DNA of 32,000 nt from Ferroglobus placidus DSM 10642 (lineage in GTDB: Archaea > Halobacteriota > Archaeoglobi > Archaeoglobales > Archaeoglobaceae). The stretch spans positions 420,001 to 452,000 of the forward strand of contig NC_013849.1 of NCBI RefSeq assembly GCF_000025505.1, read 5' to 3'. Both the position numbers and the translations under genes were made by a program. The notes under the pieces were generated by a model. It worked only from the letters and a program-made list of their open reading frames with translations. It searched no databases and was not told the DNA's origin. This document shows, one piece after another, positions 10,582 to 18,594 of this stretch (the stretch's first letter is position 1; every line of letters begins with the position of its first letter).

Positions 10582-10635
10582 GCTGTGGTGGTGTAGGGGT
10601 AGTTAGTCTGATAGTTATCACCTGCCCTCTCACTC
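10582..10635 (+). tRNA. 5'-half tRNA-Glu(CTC)-like fragment
   Basis: GCTGTGGTGGTGTAGGGGTAG...TTATCACCTGCCCTCTCAC resembles the acceptor/D-arm/anticodon loop (CTCTCAC) of tRNA-Glu; no matching T-arm or 3' acceptor follows. Confidence 0.4.
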
Positions 10636-10956
10636 CAGCCCGGTTTTCTCTGCCGGGAGTGTTACTCCCTCCTTTTTGATCTTGGAGAGGGCATATTCCC
10701 CTATCTCATCTATTTCTGCCTCGGGTCTCCACAGGCTCTCGTCTTCTGCAAGATCCAGAATCCTCAAGATGTTATACTTCCCCTTTTCTTCAGCATACTT
10801 CCGCGTGTACTCGTAAAATACCTCGATGGCCTTCCTTATTATATCACCCATATCAGCGCTAAGTGCCTGAGAGAGCATAACCAGCTTTGTTCTCAACTCC
10901 TTGTCCAGTACCACAGATGTTCTGCTCGAAACCTTACTCCTCTCCTTCACCATCTT
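10630..10956 (-). CDS. Small ribbon-helix-helix-like DNA-binding protein
   Basis: MVKERSKVSSRTSVVLDKELRTKLVMLSQALSADMGDIIRKAIEVFYEYTRKY has a short beta strand followed by two helices; the listed ORF start at 11049 is probably too far upstream. Confidence 0.6.
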   Translation of the reverse strand, partial: KMVKERSKVSSRTSVVLDKELRTKLVMLSQALSADMGDIIRKAIEVFYEYTRKYAEEKGKYNILRILDLAEDESLWRPEAEIDEIGEYALSKIKKEGVTLPAEKTGLE

Positions 10957-11037
10957 ACTCACCTCTTTATTCACTACTCTTTTACTAAATGCATATAGTA
11001 CTAAGAAATATATATAGTTTTCGGTAGCAGGATTACT

Positions 11038-11346
11038 AAACCTAAACACTTTGTTCTCAGAAATCTAACAATGGCACTAATCTCTGACGCCACTGTGATT
11101 GTGGAGGTGGGAGAAAGTAGTGGTGTTGTTCCTCAGGGATGGGAAGCTCTCAGACTTGGCAGACCCCTGTTTTTCTGGAAGTTACTGGCTGAAAAAGACA
11201 TCAGGTGGGTAAAAGAGATGATGAAGTACGGTGCATGTGTTTTACGGAACATTAATGACTTAAAACGGGCTATGAGAGAACTGGTACCACCGCCTACAGA
11301 TGAGCCATTGAAGTTGTCTCTGGTGGGCCTTAGTGACTTTATATGA
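11038..11346 (+). pseudogene. C-terminal remnant of a DprA/SMF (SLOG/Rossmann)-like protein
   Basis: In-frame reading KHFVLRNLTMALISDATVIVEVGESSGVVPQGWEALRLGRPLFF resembles the DprA core 'RNR..a.LSDAvvVVEa...SG....a..A..lGRP'; the N-terminal part is absent. Confidence 0.55.
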
Positions 11347-11448
11347 GATTAAGCAACCTTCTTATAGTCCTTCAGACGGTTCTAAAGAGAGTAAATATGT
11401 GAAAGAGATTTTGAGAAATCAAAGAGTTTAGCGGTAGATCTCAGTGAG

Positions 11449-11760
11449 GTGTGCTCCAGCCTCAAGTTACCCCCTACCTCTCTCCCAAACCACATCTCAC
11501 CCATGCCTCGACCCTATGGTTACTCCCTACCGTGCTACTACTTAACACCCTACCATCTCTCTCAAACAACCTCTCCCAGACTACTGTGCTACTCTCTACT
11601 TCCCTCTCTCTCACCTCTCAACTCCTCAACTACCCCTACCGTGCTACTCCTTAACACCCTACCGTGCTACTCTCTATCACCCTACCATCCCTCCCAAACC
11701 AACCCTCCAACATCCAAACCACACCTACCACACACCACCACACCGCATGCAATACCGCCA
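11449..11760. repeat. Pyrimidine-rich degenerate repeat region (CCCTACCGTGCTACTCCTTAACACCCTACC-like units)
   Basis: Several imperfect copies of 'taccgtgctactccttaacaccctacc' and 'ccctcccaaacc'; very low G on the + strand. Confidence 0.75.
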
Positions 11761-12514
11761 GATAACCGGTAGTATGATCTCCGAGGAGAGAGCTTTAATC
11801 CGCGAAAAAATCCCGCAAAATCGTTCTTTTTTCAATCTCCCAGGAGATGCCTCTAAATCAGGAATGGAGCGACGACTCGACTTCCAGCAAACGCCAGCGG
11901 TTTTCTTTTAAATATTTTTTGCTTCAACTCATAGCTATTTAGCCGAATATTTGCCAAGTCCCGGGTATTTTATTCTTTACTGGAGAAGTGGGTTAATATT
12001 TATCTGCAGACAGAACGAAGGCCTCTCCTCCGATTTCGGGTTCTGACAATTACCAATCTGAGCACTCTCATGCCTTGTTTTGAAAATCTGGGGAATGGGA
12101 AAGCGTAAATCAGAGATTACTCCCGCTCAGATTGGACATAAACTTCTCAAATAAAATTAATTTTCGAAATCCGCTGTATAGTGTTTATTTTTGATTTAAA
12201 CAACAGAAATAGAACCAAATGTAAGAAGTGCTAAGGCGGAAAATTTACCACGGGATCGGAGTAATATGAGATAGTCTGCTTAAGATAAGATTTTTATTCC
12301 TTGATTTAAAAAACTCGTAGTGTTTCTTAGCTGTCTCTGATTTGTGTAAAAAGGAATATAATTGCTCTTCCAAAAAAAGAAGAAATTATAAAGCTTTAAT
12401 AAACGCCTCTCGTAAATTATCTCAGATGAAGATAATTTCTCTCCTCGCTCCTTTGATGCGCAAATCATGCTAACGATATATCCCTCATTTTCACGTGCAG
12501 GCTGGGTGACATTC

Positions 12515-12845
12515 ACATCAACATCAACCTTTCAACCTCAACCTCACCTCCATCAACCCCTGCATCAACCGCTGCATCAACCTGCGTCAACCGCTGCATC
12601 AACCTCAGCATCAACCGCTTCATCAACCTGCTGCTGCATCAACCTGCGTCAACCTCAGCATCAACCTCTGCTGCTTCAACCTCTGCGTCAACCGCTACTG
12701 CTGCATCAACCTCTGCTGCGTCAACCGCTATTGCTGCGTCAACCGCTGCATCAACCTCTGCTGCGTCAACCTTTGCATCAACCTTTGCATCAACCTGCGT
12801 CAACCGCTACAGCATCAACCTTGCATCAACCGCTGCCTCACGCAC
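12515..12845. repeat. Tandem CATCAACC-based microsatellite/minisatellite
   Basis: More than 25 copies of (G)CATCAACCTGC / GTCAACCGCTG variants in tandem. Confidence 0.85.
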
Positions 12846-12954
12846 TGAGGTTTCTGCGGCAGCAGGCATATGCAGCAGAGCAGCAGCAAGCACCAGCAAC
12901 TGCAACTTCAGCAGCAGAGCAGCAGCAGTAAAGCGTCAGCGGATTAGCTATTCT

Positions 12955-13097
12955 GGATTGGGCGTTAGCTTTTTTGGATGGTTAGATTTTTGGAGAGGGC
13001 ATTAGCTTTTTGGATGGTTTTTGGCTGCTCTCTTTTCTGGATGGTTTTTGGATTGGGCGTTAGCTTTTTTGGAGAGGGCGTTAGCAACCTTGCCACT
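12955..13097. repeat. Imperfect repeats of GGGCGTTAGCTTTTTTGGATGGTTTTTGGA
   Basis: gggcgttagcttttttggatggttagatttttggagagggc / gcattagcttttttggatggtttttgg / ctggatggtttttggattgggcgttagcttttttggagagggcg. Confidence 0.7.
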
Positions 13098-13360
13098 TGC
13101 TCTCAAGTGTTCTCGGTTTTAGCAGGTTTTAGCAGGTTCAGGTGCAATGCGCTGGTGCGTTTGCCGGGAACAGGGGGTCGTCGGGGGGAAGCGTCAGGAG
13201 CCAGTCAGGGACTCGTCAGGGAGAGGAGGCTCGTCAGCTCGTAGGGATCAGGGGCCAGAGACCAAGGATCAGGAGTCAGGGAGCCCGTCGGGAAGAGGCT
13301 TGCAACACATTAGCTTACACAAGCAGACAGAGATTCCTGTTTATCTGGCAGACTCACTTT

Positions 13361-13437
13361 TACCAGGGGTTAATTTACCCGGGGTAAATCAAAAGATTTA
13401 CCGGGGGTTAATTAAGATTTTTACCAGGGGTTAATCA
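13361..13437 (+). repeat. GGGGTTAAT repeat cluster 1 (about 4 units)
   Basis: taccaggggttaatttacccggggtaaatcaaaagatttaccgggggttaattaagatttttaccaggggttaatcaa. Confidence 0.85.
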
Positions 13438-13771
13438 AAGAACGTTTCACACCAAAGCAGTCTTCGAATAAACCTGGTCTGCAAGAGATGCACGGAGGTA
13501 CAGCACATTCCTCTACCTGAAAAGCAAGTATAGGTTTAGTACCAGTCGGGAAGCTGGGGCGTTTAGCAGGGTCATCGAGAATTTGGGAGAGCTTGCCGGG
13601 AAGAAAAATCATGACCGCTCACAGCCGCACAGCGCTCCACATCACTCGTGCTCGAAGATCATATCGTTAAGTAACGTTAAGTATTATAATTTAACACTAA
13701 CTAGGATGTCCTAAACTTAATTAAAATACAACCAGGCCCGGCGGATTGCTTCAAGCAACCACTCTATTGCC

Positions 13772-13871
13772 CGGATTTGATGTGAAGCCCTTTAACTTAA
13801 CCCATTGAGAACTTCTCTCAGGACTGTAGAGGAGAAAGGATTTATTATTTAAGCAGAAAGAGAGACATATG
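13772..13871 (+). promoter_or_regulatory. Conserved leader of repeat array 1
   Basis: Blocks cggatttgatgtgaagccctttaacttaa (13772-13800) and tatttaagcagaaagagagacatatg (13846-13871) recur in inverted orientation before array 2. Confidence 0.7.
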
Positions 13872-14187
13872 TGGGGGAGGAGGGAGAAGACTATGATACG
13901 AGTCCGCCCACGGGTGCTGTGGCATCCATTCCAATCCCCCGGAGAGTGAGGACGGTGATACGAGTCCACTAAAGGTAGCCCTCGCAGTAGATTTGATAAA
14001 ACAATCGTTGCAGAGGGAGATGAGGATGATGATACGAGTCCACTCCTGCATAAAGAACATTGGCCTTTGTAAGTTCAGGCCCCGTTGCAAGAGTGAGGAC
14101 GATGATATGAGTCCACTTGATCAGCTCCCCAAAGTCAGCTTTTTCCGGCGGTTGCAAAGGGGCCGGGGGGATCAGAGATGATGACGG
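13871..14187 (+). repeat. Repeat array 1: five degenerate ~34-38-nt direct repeats with unique 24-39-nt spacers (CRISPR-like architecture)
   Basis: Units at about 13871, 13933, 14007 (GTTGCAGAGGGAGATGAGGATGATGATACGAGTCCACT), 14084 (GTTGCAAGAGTGAGGACGATGATATGAGTCCACT) and 14150 (degenerate terminal). Core tgata spacing 62, 74, 74, 75. Confidence 0.7.
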
Positions 14188-14659
14188 GCATTAGTATAGT
14201 TTCAGCAGAGTCAAAATGTAGTTAAATGGGCCCAGGCAAAGCTGAGAGGGTACATAAGGGACAGGATGGAGAGCTACCACAGGCACCTCACCCACATCTC
14301 CCCCTACACCTACGACCCCGAGGACAAAATCAGAGCTCATAGATCTTCTTACCGTATGCGAGCTTTGTTGAGAGAGGAGTAGTTGAAGAGATGTGCTGGG
14401 ATTTTGAAGAGGTGAGGGAGAGCAGGGGTTTGCTGGAGGCCCTCCAGGACGTGTGCTCCCCGGCTGACGGGGAAGACAGCCCCCAAAAAGAATGTTGCAG
14501 ACGATTTTGCTACTCAATGAGAATTGAACTTTGATTGCAGAAATAAAGCATCGTAAAGTTTTGTAAAGATCCAAGGAAGATTTGAAACGCTTTTTTGGAG
14601 GAACGGGGGAAAGTGTCTTTATATTTTCTGAGATAGTAGATTTGTTGAGGTGATGAAGG

Positions 14660-16021
14660 ATGGGTGCGAAATTGAGTGTGTTTGTGCTGGTGCTGGTGGC
14701 ACTGGGTATGGTAGTGTTGCCTGCAGTGTCAGCGAAGCCAATGGGCAATGGATACATGAATCCGGTTCCAGCCTCTGACAGCAGTACAGAGAATAATACC
14801 AATGTAGCCGTTACCACCACGGTTCCATCTACCAGTGAAAATAATACCGCAACTGTAACTGTCACTCAGAATTTGGTCAACCCCTCTCCCAACCCCTCCC
14901 CCAATCCGAATCCGATCCGCCAACAGGGACCGCATCCCTGGATACAGCATCACCAGAAGCCACATCTCTGGAAGCACAAGCATCCCTGGATACCGCATCT
15001 CTGGAAGCACAGAAACCAGAACCAAAATCAAACTCAGCAGGCCCTGGCCCACAAAATGAAAGGGGAGGAGAAGTGGGAAAACGCTAAAGAGAGATTTGAA
15101 AAGGCGAGAGAATGGTTTAACGAAACCAGAAAAAAGGTTGAAGAGGCCAGAAAACAGGCAAGAGAGAAAAGATTTGAGGCCTGGAAGAAGCATCTCACAG
15201 CCTGGGTTGAAGTGGCAAAGAAATGGGTTGAAAGGGTTGAACTCAGAATTCAGAACCTGAAACTGAACAATGAAAGCAAGGAAAGGTTGATGAGCAAGCT
15301 TCAGGAGGTTAAAGACAGTTTAAATAGTATAGAGAGTGAAATCAATGCCTCGCAGAACTACACTGAGCTGAGAGAGAAGGCAAGGGAAATCAGAGAGTTG
15401 TGGAAAGAGTTAAGGCAGGAGATGAGACAGGCTGTGCAGGAATATGCGATTGATAAGTACAGCGAAATTCTTGAAAGGTTAAAGCAGGTTAGAGACAGGC
15501 TTCAGGATGCAGGTGTTGATGTTAGCAATCTAAATGAGAAGATTGAGGAGATAGGGAGTGCTGTGGACGATTTAGAAAATTACATAGGAACAACTGAATT
15601 TCCGGAGAAGGTGAGAGAAGTCAACCAGCTATTCAGAGAAGCCTTTAAGACTGTTAAAGAACTTGTCAGAGAGGCGAAACCGGTGCCGAAACATGGTTTT
15701 GTCTATGCCCGCGTTAATGGTAGCTTTGAGCTGAGCGGGAACTTCAGTTCGGTGCAGATAAAGGTAAAGAATGGCAGTGTATCAATTCCCGAGAATGTGG
15801 TGGTAAAGAGGGTTAACACTTCAGGAGTTGAAATGATTGTTGCCAGAGGTAGCTTTACAGCCAGCGGAAATGGAGAGTTCAGAATACTCGCTCACGGTAG
15901 CGGTGAACTCAGTCTGAGCGGCGAGGGTTATTACAGAGTCAAAAAATCACCTGCTGAGCCTATGACAGACGAGATCGAGTTAGGCAATGAAACTGTAACT
16001 GTAACATTCGGCCAGAGCTGA
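14660..16021 (+). CDS. Secreted/cell-surface protein with His/Trp-rich segment and long coiled-coil region
   Basis: 453 aa; signal peptide MGAKLSVFVLVLVALGMVVLPAVSA; S/T/P-rich region; HPWIQHHQKPHLWKHKHPWIPHLWKHRNQNQNQ; extended Lys/Glu heptad-like helices; C-terminal beta-rich part. Confidence 0.85.
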   Translation: MGAKLSVFVLVLVALGMVVLPAVSAKPMGNGYMNPVPASDSSTENNTNVAVTTTVPSTSENNTATVTVTQNLVNPSPNPSPNPNPIRQQGPHPWIQHHQKPHLWKHKHPWIPHLWKHRNQNQNQTQQALAHKMKGEEKWENAKERFEKAREWFNETRKKVEEARKQAREKRFEAWKKHLTAWVEVAKKWVERVELRIQNLKLNNESKERLMSKLQEVKDSLNSIESEINASQNYTELREKAREIRELWKELRQEMRQAVQEYAIDKYSEILERLKQVRDRLQDAGVDVSNLNEKIEEIGSAVDDLENYIGTTEFPEKVREVNQLFREAFKTVKELVREAKPVPKHGFVYARVNGSFELSGNFSSVQIKVKNGSVSIPENVVVKRVNTSGVEMIVARGSFTASGNGEFRILAHGSGELSLSGEGYYRVKKSPAEPMTDEIELGNETVTVTFGQS

Positions 16022-16077
16022 ACATCTGGCAGCTGAAGATCTGAAAGCAGGCTGGTAGGGAGGGGGGGCTGAACAGT

Positions 16078-16362
16078 ATGAAGAAAAAATACATACTGGT
16101 GCTCCTGATAGCCATTGCAGCGATCTTTGCAGGCTGTCAGGGGAAGAGGGCTGAAAAGGGAGCTTCAACAACCACAACCACAACCACAGCCACACAGGCA
16201 CCCTCACAGGCATCTACACCTGCAATCACTCCTGCAATCACACCCACAGCCACAACACCGCAAACTCAGCAAGAAATCAATGAGAGCCTTGAGGATCTGC
16301 AGGAGATTGAGCAGTTAATACAGGATCTCAAGAGTCTCGATAATGTTCAGCTGAACGTTTGA
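16078..16362 (+). CDS. Small putative lipoprotein with Thr-rich linker
   Basis: MKKKYILVLLIAIAAIFAGC lipobox followed by TTTTTTTATQAPSQA and a short acidic helical tail. Confidence 0.75.
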   Translation: MKKKYILVLLIAIAAIFAGCQGKRAEKGASTTTTTTTATQAPSQASTPAITPAITPTATTPQTQQEINESLEDLQEIEQLIQDLKSLDNVQLNV

Positions 16363-16503
16363 TTATTTTTTAGCTTTTTTGCCGTTGCCGTTGCGACCAA
16401 CCATCAAATTAACCAATTTTGCTTTTCAGAATTTGGAAGTATAGGCTCTTATCATCGCCTCTACTCCTCGCAGCTTCTTTGTTGCGGGTTGCAGGGGCTT
16501 GTC

Positions 16504-16696
16504 GGAGGTTAATCAAAAAATGAACCCGGGGTTAATTAAGATTTTGAACCCGGGGTTAATTAACCCAGTTAATTTACCGGGGGTTAATCAAGGATAATGA
16601 ACCGGGGGTTAATTAACCGGGGGTTAATCAAAAAAATGAACCCGGGGTTAATTTACCAGAGTCAATTAGAGATAATTTACCGGGGGTTACTTAAAG
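16504..16696 (+). repeat. GGGGTTAAT repeat cluster 2 (about 8 units)
   Basis: Repeated aacccggggttaattaa / taccgggggttaatcaa units, all in one orientation, including palindromic ggttaattaacc. Confidence 0.92.
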
Positions 16697-16789
16697 GAGG
16701 AGAATGTGTTACAGAAGTTGAATTGTGGAGAATAAGAAATTCGAAAGACCAAAAGACAGATATTCTACAAAATCTCAAATTAAACAAGC

Positions 16790-17338
16790 ATGAGAGGAGA
16801 GGGAGTAAAAGTCAGCTCTTTATCATTTGCAATGGGATGGATAATAGCGATGGTGTTGCCTTTTCTTTCAGGACTTAGCAGTACTGCAGCCTATTTGCTA
16901 CCAGTATGGTTCTTAGGAATCCTTCTGCTGAATATTCCAGCGAAAATAGTGTTCTTCGCCATAGTAAGCTACGCCACGGTCAATATCACAACTTTGTTAA
17001 AACTATCTCCGGAAGAGAGGACATCGATAGGTGAATCGATCGCCAGGCACAAAAAAGTAATCCTGCCAATTACAATATCAGCGTATATAGATTTCATACT
17101 TCTCCTTGCTATTAGCTCCAAGTTATGCTCTCTCTCGTCTGCCGGGTTGCTGATTCCACTTGTCTGGTATCTGATCGAGGACTGGCTAATCAGGAGAGAC
17201 TACTGGTATCTGGTTCCATCCACTCTGGTTGGACGAACCCTCATCAGATTAACGGGGCTAAAGTCAGAGAAGGTTTCTACAAACTATTTACCTGGCATCG
17301 TATTTTTGCCCGGAAAACTGCAGTGGATGAACCTGTAA
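16790..17338 (+). CDS. Polytopic membrane protein of unknown function
   Basis: 182 aa with several hydrophobic helices (FAMGWIIAMVLPFLSGLSSTAAYLLPVWFLGILLL, VILPITISAYIDFILLLAIS). Confidence 0.65.
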   Translation: MRGEGVKVSSLSFAMGWIIAMVLPFLSGLSSTAAYLLPVWFLGILLLNIPAKIVFFAIVSYATVNITTLLKLSPEERTSIGESIARHKKVILPITISAYIDFILLLAISSKLCSLSSAGLLIPLVWYLIEDWLIRRDYWYLVPSTLVGRTLIRLTGLKSEKVSTNYLPGIVFLPGKLQWMNL

Positions 17339-17530
17339 AGAAAAAGAAACAGGACCAAAATTTCTAAGTTTGGCCTCAAGCCTCTCCAGGGGCCGCCTTG
17401 TAGTTGACCATGGAATTCCCGTTATTTCTGAAAGCTGTTTGATCGTATAACTCTGTATGGTTGGGGAGTTCTCCAAAGCTTCTTGCAAGATCTCATCCAG
17501 GCTCTTCCTTTTCCTGTTTTTCCTCGCCAT
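17288..17530 (-). CDS. Small HTH DNA-binding protein
   Basis: MARKNRKRKSLDEILQEALENSPTIQSYTIKQLSEITGIPWSTTRRPLERLEAKL has a winged-HTH-like recognition helix; a perfect palindrome lies just upstream. Confidence 0.65.
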   Translation of the reverse strand: MARKNRKRKSLDEILQEALENSPTIQSYTIKQLSEITGIPWSTTRRPLERLEAKLRNFGPVSFSLQVHPLQFSGQKYDAR

Positions 17531-17542
17531 AGCAACCACTTC

Positions 17543-17564
17543 TTGTGATTGATATCAATCACAA
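17543..17564. promoter_or_regulatory. Perfect 22-bp palindrome, putative operator
   Basis: TTGTGATTGATATCAATCACAA lies between a TATA-like TTTAAAAAG and the ATG at 17530 (minus strand). Confidence 0.75.
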
Positions 17565-17689
17565 AGTGATTAAAAATCTTTTTAAATTTTTCGGTAAAAA
17601 AAGAAGAAAGAAAGAGACTGGCCGGATTCTCGCAGTACCGTGTCTCAGCGCTTTGAACAAACGGGCCGGAAAAATTCAAGATGATTTAC

Positions 17690-17865
17690 TCGGGGTTAAT
17701 TAAAGATAATATACCGGGGGTTAATTAACTAGGAGCAATCAAGGATAATGTACCTGAGGTTAATTTACCAGGGGTTAATTTACCCGGGGTTAATCAAGGA
17801 TAATGAACCGGGGGTTAATTAAAGAAAGATAAAGAAAGATAATTTACCAGGGGTTAATTAACTAG
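17690..17865 (+). repeat. GGGGTTAAT repeat cluster 3 (about 7 units)
   Basis: tactcggggttaattaaagataatataccgggggttaattaactag...taccaggggttaattaactag. Confidence 0.92.
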
Positions 17866-17943
17866 TAGCCAAGTACGATCCAGCATTAACACCCTCTACC
17901 TCAATTCCGGCCAGAGGCAAAATATAGCGTGTCCAGCAGAAAT

Positions 17944-18498
17944 TCATATTCTCGTTGTAATTTCCTCTCCAACCTCCTCAACCTCTTCCGGATTTATTTT
18001 GCTCCAGGGACTGGCAATTTTTGGTTTTGCTTCCTCACTTTTGAGCGAGCTTTCACTCTTACCCTCTTCCTTATGTTTCTTCCAAGAAATCTTCCATACC
18101 CAGTTTAACCGATATAAGGGTTCATCAAATCGAGTCTTGTAATTCATGTTTCGAGAGGCCATTACTGCATCTGCCTGCGCTCTGACAACGTACACACCCT
18201 TTGAGGCCTTAACCGAAACTTCCTTGAATGCAGGTTCTTGCTGTTTGATATCTATGATCTCCCAGCCGTCTTGGGGTAGGTCTGGCGGAGCCAAAGGTTT
18301 ATCCTTCACTTTTTCTTTAAGTTCATCAGGGATGTATTCTACAAAGACATTGCCAATATGTTTTACACCAAAATTAACACCATCAAACGGTGAGAACCCT
18401 GTTTCTCTGACATCTACAATAGCCACTCTTAACCTCAAAACTGTACCGTCCTCCAATACAATCTTACCAACGTGGGAGTTCTGAATTCCCAGAGACAT
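17944..18498 (-). CDS. Hypothetical protein
   Basis: 184 aa; globular, mixed composition (VGKIVLEDGTVLRLRVAIVDVRETGFSPFDGVNFGVKHIGNVFVEYIP). Confidence 0.7.
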   Translation of the reverse strand: MSLGIQNSHVGKIVLEDGTVLRLRVAIVDVRETGFSPFDGVNFGVKHIGNVFVEYIPDELKEKVKDKPLAPPDLPQDGWEIIDIKQQEPAFKEVSVKASKGVYVVRAQADAVMASRNMNYKTRFDEPLYRLNWVWKISWKKHKEEGKSESSLKSEEAKPKIASPWSKINPEEVEEVGEEITTRI

Positions 18499-18594
18499 AG
18501 TATTCTTAGACTTAAAAAGTATATAAACTTTTTAGGGTAAAAATTTTAAGTATGTGTAGTATGTATTATAGGAATACTGCTTCGAGGTGGAACC

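Noticed and set aside
12467-12931. 154-aa ORF across the CATCAACC repeat
   Set aside because: Product is purely repeat-derived (HQPLHQPASTAAST); no RBS; more likely non-coding repeat.
13871-14187. Calling array 1 a bona fide CRISPR array
   Set aside because: Repeats are too divergent (34-38 nt, several mismatches), one spacer is only ~24 nt, and no cas genes are in the window; kept as CRISPR-like only.
13871-14187. C/D-box sRNA interpretation of the GATGATGATA motifs
   Set aside because: C-box-like GATGATGA appears but no consistently placed CTGA D/D' boxes at guide-length spacing in each unit.
14191-14865. 224-aa minus ORF overlapping the array-1/secreted-protein promoter region
   Set aside because: Overlaps the start of the convincing signal-peptide protein at 14660; composition (PPANPCSPSPLQNPST) is not protein-like.
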